64,000 nucleotides of DNA, from the NCBI GenBank assembly GCA_965287045.1, contig OZ336874.1:53630001-53694000 (forward strand), written 5' to 3'. Made by a program: the position numbers and the translations under genes. The notes below the pieces were generated by a model. It searched no databases. It saw nothing but the letters and a program-made list of their open reading frames with translations, and was not told where the DNA came from. Each line of letters opens with the position of its first letter. Position 1 is the stretch's first letter. The stretch comes from Carcharhinus amblyrhynchos. Taxonomy: Eukaryota. Below, piece by piece: positions 1 through 10,122 of the stretch.

Positions 1-1089
1 CAACGAAAAAGCCCAACACCGGCCTTCGCCTCAAGACGGGGGACATATTGATGACAATCGCCAGCTCCCACCAACTTCTCTCAACAGTCTCCATCTCAGT
101 TAATATAGCACGGCATTAAACAAAGCAACATATTGCTTCACTTAGGGACTGTTATTGGAAAATGGGAATGGTTTCACTCTTGTACCCCCATGTGGCAGTA
201 TCTCAGTATCTTCTCTGTCAATCTCTTGCTGAACTGTTCCTACAAAACCATTTGGCCATTGAGGCGCGCAAGTCTGCAACTGGGAAACATTCAGTGACAG
301 ATATTAAAGCTGTTGTTCGTTTTTACTGGCAGTAAGATTTTTAAGGTTGCTTTAATGAAATGTCACATAAACTATTAACCCGGTTAGGGACCGAGTGTGC
401 AAAACTATACAGCCAAATTAAAATAAGAAAATCCGATATTTAAAAAAACCAGACTGGGTTAGTGCAACTAGAACAGACGCACTTCATTAAGGGTTAGAAT
501 AAGTTTTTTTTTCTATTGTTTTCCAACTCTGTCTCCCCGTCCAGTAGAAAAATGCAATTAAAACAGCTCGAAATATTATCTGACATCTGCGGAGTGTTCT
601 CAGCTTCCAGCATGAAAGGAGTTCTCTGCAACTAAAATAACAATTTAAAAATTATCAACGAACACTAACGATATCCCTTTCCACTATAAGATAGCCTCTC
701 TAAAGATTAACAGGATCCAGCGTTATCTTGTCCCCATACTGTTCATTTCTTGTGATGAACAGAATTGCCACTGTTGAACGTTGCTCACCATGAAGTTTGT
801 AAAGGAGAGGAATCTGTGATTATATCGTATTTGTATACACTATACAAAATAACAGGACAAAAATCAAGAATGATTGCTCTGCAGTTACCCTGTATTCCTT
901 GGCTCTGATACGTGGGTCGAAATCAATCTATGTCTTGTTCAACATTTAAAAAATGAGCTACTATACATTACACGTTGATGTATATTATACTCGATCTCTT
1001 TTGCAAATATTCTTATTTACAAGCTGAGTCCTTCACTCGCTGTGTTTCTCTATCACCCCTACATAATAACGCACACGCTCTAACAGTCC

Positions 1090-1380
1090 GTCTATATTTG
1101 ATGTGTTTCTGACAGTATTACTTACATTTTTTTCTGTCTTTCACTCAATCTTCTGTCTTGGTGTCTTATTATTTCTAACACTGTTTTTCTGCCTTTCACC
1201 TATTGTCGCTCGGTGTCTCGTCCTCTTCCTGTATCTCTTTTTCTCACACATACACATCTTTTTGTCTCTCTTTATCCCACTGTCACATATCTTTTATTTT
1301 CTGTGTCTTTCCATGACCATTGTCTTGAATCTTGCATCTTGTCTGGTTCGCTATTATTCATCCCTCCTCGCCTCGTGTTA
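1090..1380. repeat. CT/T-rich low-complexity tract
   Basis: Degenerate TCTC/TGTCT/TTTCT runs. Confidence 0.6.
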
Positions 1381-1928
1381 CACTAAAGATATGAATTATT
1401 AAACGATAGAATAACGGTAACATTTAACTCCCAGATACCTTTGTTGAATTCTGTCGCAGCATGGGGATGATAACAATTCATACCTAATGCAATTGCTAGA
1501 TTGGGGCGGATAACTGTATGTAGTTAGGGTTTATCATAATCCAATTATTGGAGGCAACATTTTGAGATGTTTGAATGGCTATTTGTGAAGTGAAGTGAAT
1601 TAAATGGCTGTCTCTCTCACATAAGCCATGTAAAGTACGTAGTTACACAATTTCATGTTTTCAAACTGAATCACGTCAATGTACAATTGTGTTGCCATTC
1701 AATTTTGTCCCATTTATTTTCGTCACACAAAGAATTGTTTCGTGCAATTTCACGACCTGTTTTAGTTGTCAATGTTTTTGGAGAACTGAATATGAATTTC
1801 ACAGCAATTGAATACGTGGTTCCTCTTGGTTTGTGCTTTGCAGGCTGTTTACACAGTACTGATAGCATGCTAGTTTCGTTTAGATTTAAGTTTAGTTTAT
1901 TGCGGGGGGCGGGGGTGGTGTTGGGGCA

Positions 1929-1938
1929 GTCACGTGAC
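1929..1938. promoter_or_regulatory. Palindromic E-box GTCACGTGAC (USF/MiT-TFE type)
   Basis: Exact 10-bp palindrome about 30 bp upstream of the distal GLI site. Confidence 0.5.
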
Positions 1939-1965
1939 GGTGACAGGTCCTGCCTATTGAGAGCA

Positions 1966-1974
1966 GACCACCCA
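1966..1974 (+). promoter_or_regulatory. Perfect GLI consensus site GACCACCCA (distal promoter)
   Basis: Exact match to the GLI consensus; PTCH1 is a canonical direct GLI target. Confidence 0.85.
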
Positions 1975-4900
1975 CCTCGAGGATCGCGCTGCTTAATAGA
2001 AACAGGCATGTAATTGTGAGACCTTCCAGCACACAGCAGAATGACTGCAACCTAGCAGGATTATTACACTCCCTGTTCCTTTAAAAAATATCACTTTTTA
2101 AACCTTGTGAAAAATAACATCGTATACTCCCCGAAAATATAAAGCAAAGCTAGACCAGTACGGTCACACAAGGAAGCCTCGAGGAAGATGGTAAGTAAAA
2201 TTACCTTTGAAAAAAAAGACTGCAATGCTCTTGGGGTATACTCTTGGCAAATAGCTTGGGCATGTTGTGTTACTGATATTGTTAATTCAGCCACTGTTGC
2301 TGTAGCTAATAGTGGGATTATTATGGTTGGGTGGTATCAGAGCATTGATATGTATCTGAGGTGATTTTGTGTTCTCACTGTATTCGGAATACTCAGTTAG
2401 ACTTAGATGCTGAACAGACGGAGTCATTGATGGAAACGCTGACAGAGTTGGGGGTCCTTAGGATCCCTGTAACCTATTTTCACGCTCCGAGGGGTTGCCC
2501 CCAGCTTCCGTTCAGTGCAATTCCTATTGAGATGCACCTCTGGGACAAAAAGAAATCTATGATTAGTGCTGTCCTCAGCAGGGGAAAAAGACATCTAGAT
2601 TTTTTTCACCTCGATTGCTATTTCATTTAAATTATTTGTCAGTGGGTGTTGTATTTTTTCTTTGCTTTACTTCAAACACATGAATGTTTTAATGATATTT
2701 AAAATCAAAACTAGTTGGTCTGCCTATAAAAGTAATCCAAAGCATGGGTGATAAACCGAATCATTTATTTCTGATCACAAGCAACAATAAAACGTGCAGC
2801 CAGATAATTATATTTAAAGCGTAGCCCTTTGCAAAAAAAATTTCAATCACAAAAAAGGGATGGTGGAGATCGCTGCGTGTAAAGAAATGTCTTAATCTTT
2901 CTCATTTTCACTTAAATAGTTTTCCCCCATAGACATCAGCAACCCCCCCCCCTTTATTTTTTGCTGGTAATAGTCCTATTGAGTGATGTAGGCGTGAGGT
3001 GTAAACCGGATTAGCAGAGTCAAAGGGTGAGCACAATGAGGCGCGATTGTTTTACTTCCTTTCATTTCTCATGCCTATATATCTAATAAATTTGTTGCTA
3101 CAGCGGTAGGTCAAAGGATCGTGTCGCCAATCGTGTTCGACAAGACGTGATGCTAGGTTGTCAAATGAATGGCCCCTGAAATGATTAAAATTACTTACTG
3201 AAAGCAGATCTTTTTGTGTGTGTTTGTCAGTGTGTATATGCCTGTGTGTTGTACCCCTAATTCGGTGTCCATGCTCTGGACAGCATGCAATCCACTTCTC
3301 TTTCAGCTCCATCAAGGGTAATTAGTTGCGTTATTTTGACAGATTTTGTGAGTAGTGCCCCCCCCCCCCTCGCCCAACGTGTGTGGGAGAAGTGGGAGGA
3401 GGGGAAGAGTGGGGGCTTGACATATTGAAACGAGTTACAAGATTAAAACTCACTGGAAGACAACATCTACTTCAGTTGAAAATCCCTGTTAATGAAAATA
3501 GTTCAAAGGAAGAAGTGCAAGTAATATTCGCACTCTGATGAAGTATCCTTATTAATTAGTCCAGGCAAAAATCTACATTGAATATATGTTGCACTGTGAG
3601 ATGAGTCAATGTGATCTGCAATGTTCCATCACTCAAAGTTTTCCAGGTGTAAAGCCAATCAATACATGAAAAACTCAAATGAAACTAAACGAATTAGAAG
3701 TATTGAAGAGATTCTTAATTCAAAATCAGTAGGCGAAAGACATAGCTCCAAAGCAACACTTGGTACGAGTTGGAAGTGATGTCCAAAGTCCCAGTTCACT
3801 TGTGTTTATTGGAATTGAAAATGGGATGAATGATCCATGTTAGTCAGTGATGGTCATTTATAGAAAGTTTGCACTTTTTGCACCGTTGTCGCCAGAGCTG
3901 CTTAGAAATGGGTGATCTTTAAATTCTAAAGATTAAAAACCTATGTATGTTGGAGTTGGAAGAACATAATGGGAGATGTAATGTGCCACAATGCATACCT
4001 GCTGGCATTGCCTGTTTAGCGGGAGCTAATAATGCAATACTTTGTGCCTGAAGGCAGCATGGGCAGAGGGGAGGACAGCCTGGCACAGTATATGGATGGG
4101 TGGATAGAGTGAAAAAAGGAACAGCATATATCTGCCATTTTTCATAATATGCACTGATTGACCTAAATATACGATTGGGTAGACAACTTGTAACAAACAG
4201 ATCCATATAACAGTTTTTAAAAGTATACTCTTATTGCAAATTTAAAACCAACCAATCAATGATGCTCAAAGAAACATATTCAAGATATTGGATTTTATGT
4301 ATGTCTCTACCTAACCATGATGATAAATGAAAAATAACAGAGTAAAGTTAAAAATCCACGTAACATGGGTATCCCGTTAATGTATGAATGGATGGTTGAC
4401 TAAATGTATAGAAATCCTGTTAATAAGTACCATTACAGAAAAAAGTGGTCAAACGCAGAAGAGCTAGATTAGCTTGCTAGTTGTACTCTGCAAAACCCAA
4501 GTGAAAAATAAAATTGATTCAATCCATTTGGGAAAAAAAAGATTCTGACCACTATGAGGAGACCTTTAGTGATTTGTTGAAGTTAACCCAACCGGGCGTC
4601 GAGCGCCGTTTACATGAGCAAGGCATGCATATTAAAGACAACAATGCTTCCAAATGTAAATAAGGCTAGATTGATTACGAACAACATTATCGCTTCGGAA
4701 TGGAACACTCGCATGCATTAGCAATGAGGCAAATTGAGGGCATCCATAGCTGGCCACCCAAGTTGCGAGTTTGTGCTCACACTTCTTCCTTTCTCTCCAG
4801 CCATACAGAAGCAAGTCAATTATATGCCAAATGTACTCCATCCAATCCCTTTGCCATTAAAGCAGTTAACTGAGGATCACAAGATTAAAATGCCTTTTAA

Positions 4901-6681
4901 ACTTTTTTCCGCTATTCTAAGTAGAACAACCGTTTAGAACAAATTGGAGGAAAAATCATCATTGCAGCTTAAACATTTTGTCAAAACGGGTCTCTGAACA
5001 CGTTTGTTTCACCACAAAACAGATTTGCACACCTTTAAGTATGTTTGTAAATAGGTGCGTTAAAATGAAGTTCTCCGCAGCTACTGATTAACAACGCCCC
5101 CTTTCAGATAGTTTTGTAATGTTAAGGGAGCAAATACATTTTTCATTCAGGTCAGTGTCATAATATCAGATTCAATCAGCAAAAATTTTCTAGTTAATCA
5201 TATAAAGCTTTAAATTGACAAAAGTTTAATGATACAGTCACAAAGAATGACCTTATTTGACAGTTGGATATAGAAGATATTTTGTATATAGATTAAAATT
5301 CACAGACAAAAATGACCCAATTAACATGATAGTGTTCCTTTAACATTTCGCTGGACTATTGTGTGTGAAATTTATCAATTAAGATGCGTGGATTTTTACC
5401 CAAATTACGTTTATCTCTTGAAATTTAATATTATTCTTTCATCTGTGATGGCTATATTTTAAAAAATTATTATAGCCAGAATACCAAGACCCCTAATACA
5501 CACATACACACACATTTAGAAAATGTAGGATACGTTTTGAACAGGAACAGCTATCTTGGTAGTAAATGCTAATTCAGAGTTTGGATTGCATTTCGATCAA
5601 TTCATCAATCTTCAAAGTGGTTCATTGCAGTACCTATTCCGGTCTCTAAGGGGCATAGTATAAAATGCATTTTGGGGGAGAGGTACAGCCATAAAATACA
5701 TTCATCAGATAGGTATGGTTAACGATATTGCATTGCATTACAGTTAACGTATTGATCAGAAATGTGTGTGTATGTTTACATGTCATATATTCATAATTGG
5801 GACCTTATTTGCTTTCACTGTCCTAATACCAACAGAAATACTAATCCATGAAAATACTGTGACCACATTTCTGTAGGGTTCACGTAAGTACAGTCGAACC
5901 AAATTGAAATAAATAATGATTAGATAATAATTCACAGATGCTTAACAGTTCATGTATATATTGAATAAATTAAGTCAGTAAAAAGTGATGGAATGTTTAT
6001 TTGTAGTAGTAGTCAATGAGCTTTCCACTTACTCAATAATGAAATCCAATTGTGTTAAGAATTAGGATGAAATAAAAATGCGAAAACATCTGTGCTATGA
6101 TGGAATCGATTTATCCTCAATATTGGAATAAATGATGTTTTATTATGCAAAGTATGGTCAATTACTGAGAATCAATACTTCTTTCTTGATATGATAAATC
6201 GCGATTTCTGTGTTAAATATGTTAAATTTCTCCTTTGGTATTTAAGTAATATGACCCTATTTCCGTTTGATCTCATATGAAAAGGTTGAAAAGGCTGAAT
6301 AAACAATTCCGTATGTCCACCCGGTCCATCCTCTGCCTTGCCCAAATGCTCATGTTTCAGCTCTTACGTTCCATGTGATTGCTAGCCCCTGTGACTCTGA
6401 ACTGTTATTCCAATTGAAACTTGAATTTGCTATAACATATTGCAGCGTCACGTTACCGTATTGCGCTCAATAAAATAACACATCTCAACGAGTCCAGCTC
6501 AAGGCCTTGAAACGCTATCTAATTGTGGCATTGGATGAAAGGAGGGCTGCAAAGGAAATAAAGTTACTGCTAAGGTTCAAACTTCCACCAGGAGCACTGG
6601 TAAACGGGACCGTATTGGCTAACGGCGAATGGGTAGTCCTCATTGGGCTTGTCTCTAAAGCACCTTAACAATATGAAGGTG

Positions 6682-6749
6682 AAAGCAAAATACTGCGGAT
6701 GCTGGAATCTGAAACAAATAACAGAAAGTGCTGGAAAATCTCAGCAGGT
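6682..6749 (-). mobile_element. Short Penelope-like terminal fragment
   Basis: AAAGCAAAATACTGCGGATGCTGGAATCTGAAAC..AGAAAGTGCTGGAAAATCTCAGCAGGT; its 3' part is the reverse complement of ACCTGCTGAGATTTTCCAGCATTTTCT at about 44112-44138. Confidence 0.55.
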
Positions 6750-7010
6750 GAAGGTGAAATTTGATTTATCAGGTTTCCTTCCCCAGCCAGCCACCTTCTT
6801 CCCCTTCCAGAAATTAACAGAAGTCTGTTAATTAGCCATGCAAATCACATTGATCCTGATGGAGTTTGACAGGACTACTGAGCTTTTTGTTTTCTTCCTG
6901 TGTTACTCCTGTCATTCAGTCATTCCCACATTGTTGCAGCGCGTCGCCCTGGGTACGCCGGTCACATGACCTCCAGTGAAACTCCCCTATCTCAATGAAT
7001 AAAATGAAAA

Positions 7011-7034
7011 TGTGTGTGTGTGTGTGTGTGTGTG
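7011..7034. repeat. (TG)12 microsatellite
   Basis: Read directly. Confidence 0.95.
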
Positions 7035-7662
7035 GTTTGTGTGGGGGCGGCCGGGAGGCATGTGGGAGATTTCTATGATTAAAAATTGTCGATAACCTTA
7101 TTTATATCCAAAATCCACTCCATCCCATGATTTAACAAATAAATAAGTTTGTTTTTCTCCAGTCTGATAATATTCCCATTTACTCAGGGCGATTCGCCCC
7201 CCCCCCCCCCCCACAAAAAAAGTTTATTTTGTTTTCCATTTAACGTGTGGGTCGAGAAAGAGCAGCTATTGAGATTTCGAGTGAATGCAAAAAGCTGACA
7301 CTTCCCCACTGCACGATGCAGGCACTGTCATTATTTGTGCAAGCTGGCGATTCAACGGGGAGACCTCCCAGCATTTGTTACAACTTGGGGCCAAGATGCC
7401 GCTAAAGGGTTTTCTCTAAATCAGAGCAAAGTGCCTCCAAAAGTTCAATCTCCTCGCGAGAATCGGCCCGCTGTGTAATCTGCAGAAACCCCCGAGGTGC
7501 CCGCTGAAGAAATATAATCCCAGGATCATATCTTTGTACATTAACTCTTGTTTTAAACCGAGTGCGTGCAAAAGAAGGGAGAGGGAGACGGGAGTGGAGA
7601 GCTATGATTTCTTTCAGGCGAACCGCGGCTCCCCTGAAGTGGGCATGGATGCATTCACAGCC

Positions 7663-7671
7663 TGGGTGGTC
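7663..7671 (-). promoter_or_regulatory. Perfect GLI consensus site (TGGGTGGTC) in the proximal promoter
   Basis: Exact consensus in context CCTGGGTGGTCTCTCTACTTTGGTGAGCTG, about 520 bp upstream of the main ATG. Confidence 0.9.
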
Positions 7672-8036
7672 TCTCTACTTTGGTGAGCTGTTGCTAAGCA
7701 GCTAATAATAGTCGTGTTTGCTGAGTAATTTCTGCCTTCCTCGGCCAATCAGAGCCAAGCAATACAAGCCTTCTCCCAGCCATCTGACGGCCCTGGAGGC
7801 GGGTTTTTGCTTTCCTTCCCCCCTAAATGGAGAGAGAGGCTTTTTTTCTATTGAATCAAGGCTCACAGAGTTCCAGGGCCTGGTGCATAGAATGGTTCAA
7901 GCGAGTGATCGGTGCGGGTAAACTCCCCAGTCTCTGGAAGAAGGTGAACGTTTTCAAGCTTCGCTCTCCGGGTCTCTCTTAAAAGCGCACAGTTCCCGTG
8001 AATGTAGAAGATCGCCGGGATCCCCCAGATCGCGAA

Positions 8037-8204
8037 ATGTGGGAATGGAAGGCGCAAACTTTGACTCGCCATCGCTCCGAGGAGTATGAAGTTTGCCAGA
8101 CAGCGTCTACTTTGCTGAGGATTAAAGTGGCCGTTTGGTGGGAGCTAAGACGGTGTGTGATTATCCTAGCCCAGTCGCATCCACAACATGGCCTCGGCTG
8201 TTAA
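8037..8204 (+). other. uORF cluster in the PTCH1 leader: uORF1 8037-8204 (overlaps main ATG out of frame), uORF2 8045-8089, uORF3 8086-8118
   Basis: Read directly: MWEWKAQTLT...GLGC*, MEGANFDSPSLRGV*, MKFARQRLLC*. Whether they are transcribed depends on the TSS. Confidence 0.7.
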
Positions 8205-8355
8205 CACTGCGGAGCGCCGAAGGACAGAGGAGGACCATGTTCAGCAAAACAGGAGGAGGAGAAGGAGAAACCTGCGGCATCCGACAGCGGTTTTAGATTA
8301 TCTGGAACGGCCGAGCTATTGCGATGCTGCCTTTGCGCTGGATCAGATCTCAAAG
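8188..8355 (+). CDS. PTCH1: Patched 1, coding exon 1 (168 nt)
   Basis: AACATGG Kozak context; MASAVNTAE...RRRRRR...DYLERPSYCDAAFALDQISK; donor AAG|GTGCAT, phase 0. Confidence 0.95.
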
Positions 8356-9527
8356 GTGCATTCCCAGTTTGTAAAAATCCTTTCTTTTTTCTTCCTTTCT
8401 GCACACCCTTTTGTGTTCCCTATTATTATCCGAAAGCGAGATAGTGAGAGCTGTACGCCGCCGGACCATTGCTTTTTACTCGTGTTATCAAGCAATCTCT
8501 TAAAATCAGTGAAAGTTTGAAGCAAGGGTAAACAAAGCTTAGCTCTCGGAACGGTGCTTCCAGAACTGCTGCAATATTAGTAGCAGGGGAACATCGGGCA
8601 CACTTGCAGATGTGTGTGTGTGTGTGTGGGATTTCATGTCTCCTAACACGCCATTTTTCCAGATAAATATATTAAACCGAAGAGGATCCCGGATTATCTA
8701 TTGTTTTAAGAAAGCACGGGAAGCAGTAAAGATCCTGGCTGCGTGTTTAAGGTTTAAAGTAAACAAAAAGCGAAGCATTCTTTGAGCGATGGTATCTGTT
8801 GAGAGTAGGGTTCTAAGCTGAAATCCATGTGGCTGCCCTCTTCCGTTCGCAAATATTGTCGTAAGTCTCAGATGGCTGCTGCACTTCCTAATTCAGATCA
8901 CAGCGTCCTGATACTGCTATGGAAATGAATTACTCCAGCTTATGATGTTTCAGCAGAGCAACCACGTGGATGTACTATTTGCTACTATGTATTCCATTAG
9001 ATGTTGACCCAATAAATGTGGTTGTTGCATTGAATGTGCTACTTGGGAAAACTTAACATGTTGATCCTCTTTTGATGTTTAACACCCCTCCCCAAAAAAA
9101 AAACAAAATCGTAAATGCATTTGCTGTCATCTTAATTCATTTGCTGAGAAATGTAGATTTGAGACCACGAATCTGTTTGCAACATCTGTATTTCACACCC
9201 CGCAGTATCCTGTCACCACTGTCGCTAGATTTGCAATGATACTCCACTCAGACAGATGATGTGACAGTCGCTGTAGGGACCAGCCGTCATCTTTAGTAAC
9301 GTAATACCTCTACCCTCAATGTGTTTTGAACACAAAAGAGTCGCCGAATGTTGCAAGTTTGGGTAAACACCTTGCGATATGAAAGGTTTATTTTCTGATT
9401 GAAATACTTCTTACTGTGACTGGCGGTGGGCTATCAGAAGGAGTGCTGTCTCTTTAAGGACGCGCGATTGTCCGCTGAGTTCCCCTCAGTTCCTTAAAGT
9501 CTCTCATTCTGGTCTTTTATTTTCTAG

Positions 9528-9720
9528 GGAAAGGCTACTGGAAGGAAAGCGCCGCTGTGGCTTCGAGCTAAGTTTCAGAAACTGTTGTTTAAACTGGGCT
9601 GTTACATTCAAAAGAACTGTGGAAAGTTCTTCGTTGTGGGCCTGCTGATATTTGGGGCTTTCGCAGTGGGATTAAGGGCTGCTAATCTAGAAACCGATGT
9701 CGAGGAGCTGTGGGTGGAAG
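9528..9720 (+). CDS. PTCH1: Patched 1, exon 2 (193 nt, includes TM1)
   Basis: tttctag|GGA AAG; [64 protein letters not shown]; donor G|GTAAGA. Confidence 0.98.
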
Positions 9721-10098
9721 GTAAGAGGAGACTTTCTGGCCATTTTCTTTCAGCTTTGAAACAAATAATATATGTGCTATTAAACGTGGAGGGGTGGGGG
9801 GTGGAATGAAGAAACATCGTCCCAGAGTGGGATTGTTTATTGTATGGCTGTTTTGGCCAAGAGCCAAGGGAAAGTTACAAAGAAGTTGCTGTAATCCATA
9901 ATGATGAATTTCTACGTTTGTGCAAAACTTGCTGGAACCTGGTGTTAGGGGTGATGATAGTGATTTGTGGCATATTGTTTAGGAGAGGCGGGTGAGGTCT
10001 TAAAAAGTTTTTTTTGTAGTTTAAAAGAGTGGAGCTTGTCAAAGCCGCCATTTTGTGAGTGCCCCCAGCAGCAGAATGTGATCAGTGCAGCTCTCTGT

Positions 10099-10122
10099 GA
10101 GAGAGAGAGAGTGTGTGTGTGT
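10099..10122. repeat. Compound (GA)n(GT)n microsatellite
   Basis: Read directly. Confidence 0.85.

Larger units (their letters stand above)
1929..2190 (+). other. PTCH1: Distal alternative first exon (exon 1a-like) of PTCH1 ending in ATG at the splice donor; 5' boundary (TSS) unknown
   Basis: GAAGATG|GTAAGT donor at 2190/2191. ATG 2188-2190 spliced to phase-0 exon 2 gives [10 protein letters not shown]. The block GGTCCTGCCTAT..GCAGACCACCCAC..CTGCTTAATAGAAACAGGC.TGTAATTGTGAG resembles the mammalian distal PTCH1 first exon (recalled, not aligned). Confidence 0.7.
6930..9720 (+). promoter_or_regulatory. CpG-enriched proximal promoter / first-exon region of PTCH1
   Basis: Visibly higher CpG density than the introns. 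Contains E-box GTCACATGAC (6961-6970), GLI variant GACCTCCCA (7362-7370), perfect GLI site (7663-7671) and CCAAT box GGCCAATCAG (about 7743-7752). Confidence 0.7.

Noticed and set aside
1103-1402. 99-aa hydrophobic ORF
   Set aside because: Product of a CT-rich low-complexity tract, non-ATG start, no family motifs.
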